Part shown: positions 27,076 to 36,413 of the stretch, in pieces
How the letters are laid out: each line of letters begins with the position of its first letter
How positions within the stretch are numbered: position 1 is the first letter of the stretch
Virus record (IMG/VR): IMGVR_UViG_3300047362_000301
Span: 2,394 to 66,393 of that record
Origin: a virus
Reading direction: 5' to 3' (one strand)
Length of the DNA: 64,000 nt
Position numbers and translations under genes: made by a program
The notes under the pieces: model-generated
Told to the model about the DNA's origin: nothing
Databases searched by the model: none
The model's input: only the letters and a program-made list of their open reading frames with translations

Positions 27076-27915
27076 ATGGGAAAATTTAAACATTACAAAG
27101 GAAGTATCGGCGGAGGTGTCGATGTTTCACACAAGTCAAAAATGAGTGGTAAAGCAAAAAGTTTAATGTCATTTCCAGGTGGTATGCCCGGACCTGGTGA
27201 GTATGGTAGTATGAACAATAAGGTTGTAGGAAAAGGTATGATGAAATATATGGCTGGAGAACCTGTAGGTATGGGTAAATACAAAAGCGATGCTCAAAGA
27301 AAAGCTGCACACGCTAGTATGGCTGAGCAAGGTGCTGCTAAATATGGTAAACACATGGGTCCTGAAAAAGAACTAGTTGGTAAACAAAAAAATTTACCAG
27401 AGGAACTTAAAGCTAAAATTGAAGCTGCTCCAGGAAAATACGGACATAAAAAAGGACCTGCGAAAAAAAAAAAATATATTCAAGATAAAGAAGGTAAAAT
27501 AGAAGGTAAAGCAAAAAGAATTATCGGTAGCGGATCTGGAACAGTTTTAGCTTCAAGAGATAAAAAAGAAGTAGGTAAAAAATATATAAGAAAAGGACCT
27601 GGAAATTTTTTCTCTACAACAGGTAGTGATAAACCAAAAGAAGAAGAAAATAAATCTATGTCTGATGGTGAAAAAATCAAAGCTTCAAAAGCTAAAAAAG
27701 AAGCTGCTGGAAATAAAAAGAAAGCAGAAGGACAAGCTGATTTAAAGAAAGCTAAAGAAATGAAATTTATCTCAAGAGGTAGTGGAGAAGATTCTGGTGT
27801 TGCGACTAGAGAAGAAAGAAGAAAAGCTATAAGAGCGGCTAGAGCTAAGAAAAGAGCTGGTAGAAAAGAAGCTAGAAAAGCTAGAAAGAAAACAGTTATT
27901 AAACAAAAAATTTAA
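27076..27915 (+). CDS. Lys/Gly-rich protein with repeated (G/A)-x-x-K-Y / GPxK units
   Basis: GPGEY, GMMKY, GMGKY, GAAKY, GPEKE, APGKY, GPAKK, GPGNF. Confidence 0.55.
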   Translation: MGKFKHYKGSIGGGVDVSHKSKMSGKAKSLMSFPGGMPGPGEYGSMNNKVVGKGMMKYMAGEPVGMGKYKSDAQRKAAHASMAEQGAAKYGKHMGPEKELVGKQKNLPEELKAKIEAAPGKYGHKKGPAKKKKYIQDKEGKIEGKAKRIIGSGSGTVLASRDKKEVGKKYIRKGPGNFFSTTGSDKPKEEENKSMSDGEKIKASKAKKEAAGNKKKAEGQADLKKAKEMKFISRGSGEDSGVATREERRKAIRAARAKKRAGRKEARKARKKTVIKQKI

Positions 27916-27985
27916 TAAAACCAATAAAACCATTAATTATACACCAATTAACAATTAATTATTAACAAAACAAAAAACAATTATT

Positions 27986-28330
27986 ATGGCTTATTTAGAA
28001 ATCCCAATTACGGGTGGATCAGGTGCAACATCAATTACAGACAAATTTGTTATCGACAAAGACAAGATTGTCTTAATTCATCAAGGAAGTGTAGGGGCGC
28101 CTCAAACTAACCCAACAACAGTATCATCTATCATTTGTGAAGGTGGTGTTGAATTACAAATTACTCACACGGCTGCTGCTACTGGATTTTCAGTACTAAA
28201 CGCACTTTTAGATGCTTACTCTGGATCTCCAGGAAATGGTGTGTCTAAAGTAGGAGGTGTTCCTGCAACAGTTAGTGCAACTGGACAAGCTCTTACTTTT
28301 GTAGTATTTTCACAAGTAGTAATTTCTTAA
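27986..28330 (+). CDS. Putative capsid auxiliary/decoration protein
   Basis: 114 aa small beta-rich structural-type ORF with a long A-rich leader. Confidence 0.45.
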   Translation: MAYLEIPITGGSGATSITDKFVIDKDKIVLIHQGSVGAPQTNPTTVSSIICEGGVELQITHTAAATGFSVLNALLDAYSGSPGNGVSKVGGVPATVSATGQALTFVVFSQVVIS

Positions 28331-28331
28331 C

Positions 28332-28481
28332 ATGAAACCTGGTTTAGGTGATAAAATAGAGTCTTTCACTAAGGCCACTGGTATCAAAAAAATCGTTGAC
28401 ACAGTTTCACAGGGTTTAAATATACCCTGTGGCTGTGAAAAACGTAAAAACGTATTAAATAAAATGTTTCCTGGAAAATGA
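28332..28481 (+). CDS. Small conserved phage protein (GLGD...TGIK...CGC..R..LN)
   Basis: Hand translation MKPGLGDKIESFTKATGIKKIVDTVSQGLNIPCGCEKRKNVLNKMFPGK; ATGA overlap. Confidence 0.6.
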   Translation: MKPGLGDKIESFTKATGIKKIVDTVSQGLNIPCGCEKRKNVLNKMFPGK

Positions 28482-28786
28482 GTTTTAAATTAAAATCACC
28501 TTTTACAAAACACGCTACTCCAATAGTTAATATGCCTATGGAAGAAAACGTTATGGGTAGAGCTGATAAACGAGGAAATATTTTACTAAATAAAGATTTA
28601 ACAGATCCAAAACAAATAGAAGATACTATTAATCATGAAAATGTTCACATCGAACAAATGAAGTCAGGTGAATTAGATTATGATGATAAAGCTGTTTATT
28701 TTAAAGGTAAAAAATTTTTAAGAAAAGAATTTAACGAATCAAATAAGAATTTACCTTGGGAGGTGGAAGCTTATAAAGCAGGATAA
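28478..28786 (+). CDS. Zincin-like metallopeptidase
   Basis: HENVH (HExxH) plus downstream LPWEVEAY; N-terminal KSPF. Confidence 0.7.
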   Translation: MSFKLKSPFTKHATPIVNMPMEENVMGRADKRGNILLNKDLTDPKQIEDTINHENVHIEQMKSGELDYDDKAVYFKGKKFLRKEFNESNKNLPWEVEAYKAG

Positions 28787-28788
28787 TT

Positions 28789-29241
28789 ATGTCTAAACCT
28801 AAAAAAAAATTTAAAGATACTAAGGTAGGAAAATTTCTACTAGGTAAATCAGGTATTATAAATGTAATAGGAGATATATTGCCTGATCAAGGTGCACTAG
28901 GTATGGTTAAAAACCTTATAGACAAAGATGAAGACTTACCACCACAAGACAAAGAAATAGCTCTTAAATTATTAGAGCAAGATATGACTGAACTACAAGA
29001 AATTTCAAAACGTTGGGAAAGCGATATGAAATCAGATAGTTGGTTATCTAAAAACACACGACCAATGACATTGATATTTTTAACAACATCTCTTGTTATT
29101 TTTATTTTGTTAGATGGTTTTGATATAGCATTCAGTATTGATACTGGGTGGATTGATCTTTTAAAATCACTTCTAATAACCGTTTATGTTGCCTATTTCG
29201 GTTCAAGAGGTGCAGAGAAATTTAAATCAATAGGCAAATAA
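28789..29241 (+). CDS. Putative holin (GTA 3TM holin-like)
   Basis: RWESDM.SDSWLSKN.RP, two TM helices, AYFGSRG.EK. Confidence 0.7.
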   Translation: MSKPKKKFKDTKVGKFLLGKSGIINVIGDILPDQGALGMVKNLIDKDEDLPPQDKEIALKLLEQDMTELQEISKRWESDMKSDSWLSKNTRPMTLIFLTTSLVIFILLDGFDIAFSIDTGWIDLLKSLLITVYVAYFGSRGAEKFKSIGK

Positions 29242-29255
29242 TTAAATTTAATAAA

Positions 29256-29513
29256 ATGAGTGAAGCTAAACAAATGATTACCGAAGACCAACTGAAAAAA
29301 ATCCAAGGCTTTCAAAAAGACTTAAACAAGTTGTTAAATGAAGTTGGATTTTTAGAAGCCCAAAAATCCCAAGTATTAGGAAAATTTGGTGAAGTCAACA
29401 AACAAACTGAAGATTTCAAAAAAGAGTTAGAAAAAGAATACGGATCGATTAACATTAATCTTGAAGACGGATCTTTTGAACCTATCGAAAAAGAAGAAGA
29501 CAAGAAAGAGTAA
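29256..29513 (+). CDS. Coiled-coil hypothetical protein (prefoldin-like size and pattern)
   Basis: Heptad helix ending LEKEYG.ININLEDG. Confidence 0.55.
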   Translation: MSEAKQMITEDQLKKIQGFQKDLNKLLNEVGFLEAQKSQVLGKFGEVNKQTEDFKKELEKEYGSININLEDGSFEPIEKEEDKKE

Positions 29514-29740
29514 TGTCATCTGTTATTAGAAAAATTAGCATTGGTTCTGATTATAAAACCGATGCAATGCATTATTCTTTGACCCAGTCAGTATATGGAG
29601 GTCATACTATATCTCATATACTCTTTGATACAAAAGATAATTCTTATAACATTTACATTAAAAAAAACAACGAGGTATTGCCGTGGAAGAAATTTAATTC
29701 TAACATGGCTATATCTGTTGAGTATGATTTAGAGTATTAA
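29513..29740 (+). CDS. Conserved phage hypothetical protein
   Basis: IRKISIG.DYK.DAMHY...WK.FN.NM.ISVEY. Confidence 0.6.
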   Translation: MSSVIRKISIGSDYKTDAMHYSLTQSVYGGHTISHILFDTKDNSYNIYIKKNNEVLPWKKFNSNMAISVEYDLEY

Positions 29741-30345
29741 TGAAAAGTTTATTTGATTTTATCGTTGAGCCCTACGGCCAGCGATATAATAATAAAGTAA
29801 AGGTAGGTGACAAAAGCCTTATAATTAACACTCAAGTCGAAACTTTTAAAGCTGTAAATAATATAGCAAAAGTTATAGAAGTGCCTTTATCATATAAAAC
29901 ACCAGTTAAAAAAGGTGATTTAATAATGATTCATCATAATGTATTTAGAAGATGGTATAATATGAGAGGTGAAGAAAAAAATAGTAAATCGTATTTTAAA
30001 GACGGTTTATATTTTGTACAACAAGATCAAGTTTATTTATACAAAAATAAAGACAAATGGTTGTCATTTGGTGATAGATGTTTTGTTGCACCACTCAAAG
30101 ATAAAATTGAAATACATAACGTTTTAGAACAAAATCTTATTGGTGTATTAAAATATGGTAATAGTGCGTTAGAAGCGCTAGAAATAAGCGAGGAAGATGT
30201 TGTAGGTTATAAACCTTTTGGTGAGTATGAATTTATTGTAGATGGTAAGCGCTTATATTGTATGAAATCAAATGATATTGTAATTAAGTATGAACGTCAA
30301 GGAAACGAAACAGAATATAATCCTAGCTGGGCACAAAGCAGTTGA
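29740..30345 (+). CDS. Tandem GroES-like domain protein
   Basis: Two GroES-like halves: FIVEP...VKKGDLIMIH and GDRCFVAP...G.LKY...EDVVGY...EYEFIVDGKRLYCMKSNDI. Confidence 0.55.
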   Translation: MKSLFDFIVEPYGQRYNNKVKVGDKSLIINTQVETFKAVNNIAKVIEVPLSYKTPVKKGDLIMIHHNVFRRWYNMRGEEKNSKSYFKDGLYFVQQDQVYLYKNKDKWLSFGDRCFVAPLKDKIEIHNVLEQNLIGVLKYGNSALEALEISEEDVVGYKPFGEYEFIVDGKRLYCMKSNDIVIKYERQGNETEYNPSWAQSS

Positions 30346-30565
30346 GGAATTAATAAAAGTTGCTAAAGAAGCTATTGTTGATTCTGATGATGATATATCA
30401 GCTGATAGATTAAAAAATGCTGCAGCTACAAAAAAGCTAGCTATATTTGATGCTTTTGAAATACTTAATCGTATTAAAGAAGAAGAAGATATGTTAAACG
30501 ATAAACCAAAAGAAGAAAAGAAGAAAGAAGCTTTTGGAGGTTTTGCAGAAAGACGATCTAAATAA
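30290..30565 (+). CDS. Putative terminase small subunit
   Basis: Helical 91 aa ORF TAATG-coupled to the large terminase. Confidence 0.5.
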   Translation: MNVKETKQNIILAGHKAVEELIKVAKEAIVDSDDDISADRLKNAAATKKLAIFDAFEILNRIKEEEDMLNDKPKEEKKKEAFGGFAERRSK

Positions 30566-32772
30566 TGTATAAACAAACATTATACCAAATAATTGATCAT
30601 ATAAAACCACATGTAATACAAAGATTAAACAAATCTAAAAAGTGGGAGTATGGTTATAACAAAGAACACGATGTTATTGTTATATCTAAAACTGGTCAAA
30701 TAGGTGATATATACGAGATACAAAACTTAAAAATAGCGTTACCAAAAGAAAAAGATGTTGATAAAGAACATGATAGGTGGAAACCACATGAGTACCCTAA
30801 GACATTAAAAAAGATTAAAACAATATTTGACTGGAAACAATATCCAGATGATTTTAAAGATAAATGGTATGCGTACATTGATAGAGAATTTGCCAGGCGC
30901 CACGAAGGTTATTGGTTCACTAATAAAGGTAAAGCTACTTATATTACTGGTACTCATTATATGTACTTGCAGTGGTCCAAGATTGATGTTGGGCAAGCAG
31001 ACTTTAGAGAAGCAAACAGATTATTCTATATATTCTGGGAAGCTTGCAAGGCAGATACAAGATGTTACGGAATGTGCTACCTCAAAAACAGACGGTCTGG
31101 TTTTTCATTCATGGCATCAGGCGAAACTGTCAACCTTGCAACCATCTCTAGTGATGCTAGATACGGTGTGTTATCAAAATCTGGATCTGATGCAAAAAAA
31201 ATGTTTACCGATAAAATCGTACCCATATCAGTTAACTACCCTTTTTTCTTTAAACCAATACAAGACGGTATGGACAGGCCAAAAACTGAGCTTGCATACA
31301 GGGTTCCAGCTAGTAGGTTTACAAGAAAAAAATTAGATACTAACGAGCAGTTAGAAGAGCTTGAAGGATTAGATACAACTATTGACTGGAAAAATACAGG
31401 GGATAACAGTTATGATGGTGAAAAATTAAAACTACTTGTACACGATGAATCTGGTAAGTGGGAAAAACCTGACAACATATTAAACAACTGGAGGGTTACA
31501 AAAACTTGTTTACGATTAGGTTCTAGAATTATAGGTAAGTGTATGATGGGATCAACGAGCAACGCTCTTGACAAAGGTGGTAGAAACTATAAAAAAATAT
31601 ATGATGACTCAGACGTTACCAGAAGAAACCGCAATGGACAGACTAGCTCGGGATTATATAGCTTGTTCATACCTATGGAATGGAACTACGAAGGATACAT
31701 TGACTCTTATGGGTTACCTGTCTTCGAGACGCCAGAAAAACCAAAAAAAGGTCCAGACGGTTTCCCAATTGAAATCGGTGTTATCGAGCACTGGGAAAAT
31801 GAAGTAGATGGCCTTAAGGATGATCCTGATGCACTTAATGAATTATACAGACAGTTTCCACGTACAGAGAAACATGCATTCAGAGATGAAACAAAACAAT
31901 CTTTATTTAATCTAACTAAGATTTACGAACAAATAGATTATAATGAAGATTTAAAACATTCAAACGTTGTAACTAAAGGTAATTTTCAATGGCAAGATGG
32001 TGTTCAAGATACAAGTGTTATGTTTGTTCCTAGTAATCAAGGTAGATTTTTAATTTCTTGGGTGCCAAACATAAATCAACAAAATAGAATTATTGTTAAA
32101 AACGGTAGAAAATATCCTGGTAACGAACACATGGGTGCTTTTGGTTGTGACTCATACGATATATCAGGTACTGTAGATGGTAGAGGATCAAAAGGTTCTT
32201 TACATGGTTTAACTAAGTTTAGCATGGAAGATGCTCCTGCTAATTTATTTTTTTTAGAATATATAGCTCGACCTCAGACCGCAGAAATATTTTTTGAAGA
32301 TGTACTCATGGCTTGCATATTTTATGGTATGCCAATACTTGCAGAAAACAATAAACCAAGGTTGTTATATCATTTTAAACGAAGAGGTTATAGAGCTTTT
32401 TCTATGAATCGGCCAGATAAAACAGCACATAAATTATCTGTAACAGAAAAAGAAATAGGTGGTATACCTAATTCAAGTGAAGATGTTAAACAAGCACACG
32501 CTGCTGCTATTGAAGCTTATATTGAAGATTTTGTAGGTTATAATAATGAACAGTATGGCACAATGTATTTACAAAAAACATTAGAAGACTGGGCGGCATT
32601 TGATATAAACAATAGAACTAAACATGATGCGTCGATTAGTTCTGGCTTAGCTATTATGGCTTGTAATAAAAACAAATATAGACCCGTTGCTGAGGTTGTA
32701 AAACAACCAGTTAATTTGAGTTTTTCAAAATATGATAATAGAGGCAATGAATCAAAAATAATTAATAGATGA
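30565..32772 (+). CDS. terL: Terminase large subunit
   Basis: Walker A-like KNRRSGFS, Walker B LLVHDE, MGST coupling motif, nuclease GCDSYD, ENN, HD. Confidence 0.9.
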   Translation: MYKQTLYQIIDHIKPHVIQRLNKSKKWEYGYNKEHDVIVISKTGQIGDIYEIQNLKIALPKEKDVDKEHDRWKPHEYPKTLKKIKTIFDWKQYPDDFKDKWYAYIDREFARRHEGYWFTNKGKATYITGTHYMYLQWSKIDVGQADFREANRLFYIFWEACKADTRCYGMCYLKNRRSGFSFMASGETVNLATISSDARYGVLSKSGSDAKKMFTDKIVPISVNYPFFFKPIQDGMDRPKTELAYRVPASRFTRKKLDTNEQLEELEGLDTTIDWKNTGDNSYDGEKLKLLVHDESGKWEKPDNILNNWRVTKTCLRLGSRIIGKCMMGSTSNALDKGGRNYKKIYDDSDVTRRNRNGQTSSGLYSLFIPMEWNYEGYIDSYGLPVFETPEKPKKGPDGFPIEIGVIEHWENEVDGLKDDPDALNELYRQFPRTEKHAFRDETKQSLFNLTKIYEQIDYNEDLKHSNVVTKGNFQWQDGVQDTSVMFVPSNQGRFLISWVPNINQQNRIIVKNGRKYPGNEHMGAFGCDSYDISGTVDGRGSKGSLHGLTKFSMEDAPANLFFLEYIARPQTAEIFFEDVLMACIFYGMPILAENNKPRLLYHFKRRGYRAFSMNRPDKTAHKLSVTEKEIGGIPNSSEDVKQAHAAAIEAYIEDFVGYNNEQYGTMYLQKTLEDWAAFDINNRTKHDASISSGLAIMACNKNKYRPVAEVVKQPVNLSFSKYDNRGNESKIINR

Positions 32773-35177
32773 AATTAAACACTGGTATTAATAGTGCATT
32801 TCCAAGTCAGATGGTATCTGAGGAAGAAAAGAAATCTTTAGAATATGGTTTGCTAGTTGGTCAAGCTATTGAATATGAATGGTTTAGAGGTGGTAGAGTA
32901 AATGGTAGCAGATGGAATACAGGTTATCAAAATTTTCACAATTTAAGATTATACGCTAGAGGTGAACAAAATGTACAAAAATATAAAGATGAGTTATCTA
33001 TTAATGGTGATTTGTCTTATTTAAATTTAGACTGGAAACCAGTTCCTATTATACCTAAATTTTTAGATATAGTGGTAAATGGTATTGCCTCTAAAAATTA
33101 CGATATAAAAGCTTTTTCTCAAGATCCTTTTTCATTAAGACAAAGAACTCAATACGCAACTAATTTAGTTGAAGATATGTATGGCCAAGAACTTATTGCT
33201 CAGGCTAAACAGACTACAGGTGAAGACTTTTCAAGATCTAATATTGCAACAAGTGAATTACCTAGGAATAAAGAAGAATTAGAACTTCACATGCAACTTA
33301 GTTATAAACAAGGTATTGAAATAGCAGAAGAAGAAGTTATTGATAACGTTTTAGCTAATAATAAATATAATTTAACTAAAAAAAGAGTTATTGAAGATAT
33401 AGCTACAATAGGTATAGGAGCTACTAAAACTAGTTTTAATAAATCAAACGGTGTTGTTGTTGATTATGTTGATCCTGCTAATTTAGTTTATTCATATACA
33501 AATGACCCTAATTTTGAAGACATATATTATGTTGGTGAAATTAAATCGATGACTTTAGCTGAAATAAAAAAACAATTTCCATATCTTACAGACAAAGAAT
33601 TAGAGCAAATGGTAAGATACCCAGGGCGTGATGGTTATATAGCAAATCCTAATTACGATAATGATTTAGTTCAAATATTATTTTTTGAGTATAAAACGTT
33701 TATTGATCAAGTTTTTAAAATTAAAAAAACAGATACTGGTTTAGAAAAAACATTACAAAAATCAGATAGTTTTAATCCACCTGAAAGCGACAATTTTAGT
33801 AGAGTTTCAAGAACAATAGAAGTTTTGTTTAGTGGTGCAAAAGTTATGGGTGTCCCTCAAATGCTAGAGTGGAAGCTAGCAAAAAACATGACAAGACCTG
33901 TATCTGATACAACTAAAGTTAATATGAATTATACTATATGTGCCCCTAATTTATATCAAGGCCGTATAGAATCATTAGTTAGTAGATGTACAAGTTTTGC
34001 TGATATGATACAACTTACATCTTTAAAACTTCAACAAGTTATTCAACGTATGGTTCCAGATGGTGTATTTGTAGATGTTGATGGTTTAGCAGAAGTTGAT
34101 TTAGGCAATGGCACTAATTATAATCCTCAAGAAGCTTTAAATATGTATTTCCAAACTGGTAGTATCGTTGGTAGAAGCTTAACACAAGATGGCGATCCTA
34201 ATAGAGGTAAAGTCCCAATACAAGAATTACAAACATCAGCATCTAATGCTAAAATACAGTCTTTAATAGCCACATATCAGTATTACTTACAAATGATACG
34301 TGATGTAACCGGTTTGAATGAAGCTAGAGATGGTAGTCAACCTGATCCTAATGCTTTAGTTGGATTACAAAAAATGGCGGCAAATGCTTCTAACATAGCA
34401 ACTAAACATATATTAGAGTCTAGTTTATATTTAACATTAAGAATATGTGAAAACATTTCGCTTAGAGTTGCTGATGCTTTAGAGTTTCCATTAACAGCAA
34501 ACTCATTAAAAGAAAGTATATCTGTTTTTAATGTTGAAACATTAAAGGAAATAGATACATTAAATCTTCACGATTTTGGTATATATTTAGAATTAGAACC
34601 AGATGAAGAAGAAAAAGCTCAATTAGAACAAAATATTCAAGTAGCTTTACAGTCTCAAGGAATTGATTTAGAAGATGCTATTGATATAAGGCAAATAAAA
34701 AACCTTAAGTTGGCTAATCAAATGTTAAAGCTTAAAAGAAAACAAAAACAAATTCAAGATCAAGCTAATCAAAAAGCTATGATTCAAGCCCAATCAGAAG
34801 CTAACGCTAAAACAGCTGAGTCAGCAGCTATGAATGAAGTTGAAAAACAACAAGCTTTAGCTCAAACAGAAATACAAATAGAACAAGCCAAGTCTCAATT
34901 TGAAATACAAAGAATGGAACAAGAGGCTTTAATTAAAAAACAATTGATGGCTGAAGAATTTCAATATCAATTACAATTAGCAAAAGCTAAAATAAATACT
35001 GATAGAGAAAAAGAACAATTTATAGAAGATCGTAAAGACAAAAGAACTAAAATACAAGCAACACAACAATCAAAAATGATTGATCAACGTAAAAATGATT
35101 TATTACCTACAGATTTTGAATCAGCTGGTAATGATAATTTAGACGGATTTGGTTTAGAGCAGTTTATGCCTCAATAA
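32769..35177 (+). CDS. Portal protein
   Basis: 802 aa directly after TerL; IIPKF.DIVVNG and TG.NEARDG motifs; C-terminal Q-rich coiled coil. Confidence 0.85.
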   Translation: MKLNTGINSAFPSQMVSEEEKKSLEYGLLVGQAIEYEWFRGGRVNGSRWNTGYQNFHNLRLYARGEQNVQKYKDELSINGDLSYLNLDWKPVPIIPKFLDIVVNGIASKNYDIKAFSQDPFSLRQRTQYATNLVEDMYGQELIAQAKQTTGEDFSRSNIATSELPRNKEELELHMQLSYKQGIEIAEEEVIDNVLANNKYNLTKKRVIEDIATIGIGATKTSFNKSNGVVVDYVDPANLVYSYTNDPNFEDIYYVGEIKSMTLAEIKKQFPYLTDKELEQMVRYPGRDGYIANPNYDNDLVQILFFEYKTFIDQVFKIKKTDTGLEKTLQKSDSFNPPESDNFSRVSRTIEVLFSGAKVMGVPQMLEWKLAKNMTRPVSDTTKVNMNYTICAPNLYQGRIESLVSRCTSFADMIQLTSLKLQQVIQRMVPDGVFVDVDGLAEVDLGNGTNYNPQEALNMYFQTGSIVGRSLTQDGDPNRGKVPIQELQTSASNAKIQSLIATYQYYLQMIRDVTGLNEARDGSQPDPNALVGLQKMAANASNIATKHILESSLYLTLRICENISLRVADALEFPLTANSLKESISVFNVETLKEIDTLNLHDFGIYLELEPDEEEKAQLEQNIQVALQSQGIDLEDAIDIRQIKNLKLANQMLKLKRKQKQIQDQANQKAMIQAQSEANAKTAESAAMNEVEKQQALAQTEIQIEQAKSQFEIQRMEQEALIKKQLMAEEFQYQLQLAKAKINTDREKEQFIEDRKDKRTKIQATQQSKMIDQRKNDLLPTDFESAGNDNLDGFGLEQFMPQ

Positions 35178-35208
35178 ACCTATTTATTAATTTTTATTAT
35201 ATTATATT

Positions 35209-36396
35209 ATGTCAGAAGAAGTAAAACAAGAAGGTACTTTTAAAATTAAAAGTAAACCTAAACAATTAGTTAAAAAAGATATTGTTAAAATCGATTTATC
35301 AAAAACTAAAAAACAAGAAAAAGATGCCGTTCAAGTCGGAGAAACAAAGAAGGTGGCTGTGGAAGAACAAGCCGGAAATAGCCCTCAAATGGACAAACCA
35401 GTATCAGAGCCCAAAGAAGTTTCTGAAACTAAAGAAGAACAACCAATAATACAAGAGGTTGTTGAAAAAGAAAAACCTAATGAAGAAAAAGTTGAAGAAG
35501 AAATAGTACAATTAGGTGAAAAAATAGAAGAAAAAGTTATTGCTCCTACGCCTGAAGAGGCAAGAGAAGTAGCTAAATTACCTGAAAACATCGAAAAAGT
35601 CGTAGACTTTATGAAAGAAACAGGTGGAACATTAGAAGATTATGTAAGATTAAATGCAGATTATTCTAATGTAGATAATGATACTCTATTAAGAGAGTAT
35701 TATAAACAAGCCAAATCACACTTGGATTCGAATGAAATTAACTTTATGATTGAAGATAATTTTTCATTTGATGAAGAAGTAGATGAGGAGCGAGATATTC
35801 GTAAGAAAAAACTCGCTTATAAAGAAGAGGTTGCTAAAGCCCGAAAGCATTTAGATGGTTTAAAAAGTCAATATTACGAGGAGATCAAGTTGAGACCTGG
35901 TACGACACAAGACCAACAAAAAGCTATGGACTTTTTCAATCGCTATAATGAAGAGCAAAACACAGCTCAACAACAGCATGAGGCTTTTAAGTCTGATACT
36001 AAACAGTATTTTTCTAATGATTTCAAAGGTTTTGACATCAACGTTGGAGAAAAAAAGTTTAGATATGGAGTTAAAAATCCTAATGAAGTTGCAACTAAAC
36101 AATCAAATGTTTCTAATATAATTAAGAAGTTCTTAAATAATGACGGAAGTGTTAAAGATGTTAAAGGTTATCACAAAGCTATGTATGCCGCTGACAATGT
36201 TGATTCAATTGCAAAACATTTTTATGAGCAAGGTAAATCCGATGCTACAAAAGATCTTATTGCAAAATCTAAAAACATTACAGATGATGTAAGGTCTAAA
36301 CCTACAGGAGATGTATTTGTTGGAGGATTTAAAGTTAAATCAATCAGTGGTCTTGATTCTTCTAAATTGAAGATAAAATCAAAAAAGTTTAACTAA
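35209..36396 (+). CDS. Putative capsid scaffolding protein
   Basis: Acidic E/K-rich N-terminus, helical C-terminus, between portal and capsid genes. Confidence 0.65.
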   Translation: MSEEVKQEGTFKIKSKPKQLVKKDIVKIDLSKTKKQEKDAVQVGETKKVAVEEQAGNSPQMDKPVSEPKEVSETKEEQPIIQEVVEKEKPNEEKVEEEIVQLGEKIEEKVIAPTPEEAREVAKLPENIEKVVDFMKETGGTLEDYVRLNADYSNVDNDTLLREYYKQAKSHLDSNEINFMIEDNFSFDEEVDEERDIRKKKLAYKEEVAKARKHLDGLKSQYYEEIKLRPGTTQDQQKAMDFFNRYNEEQNTAQQQHEAFKSDTKQYFSNDFKGFDINVGEKKFRYGVKNPNEVATKQSNVSNIIKKFLNNDGSVKDVKGYHKAMYAADNVDSIAKHFYEQGKSDATKDLIAKSKNITDDVRSKPTGDVFVGGFKVKSISGLDSSKLKIKSKKFN

Positions 36397-36413
36397 AAAC
36401 AAAATTAATTATT

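Noticed and set aside
30827-31807. Alternative-frame ORFs (169 aa and 79 aa) inside terL
   Set aside because: No recognisable motifs; likely by-products of codon usage. The terL frame is uninterrupted, so no intron or frameshift is needed.
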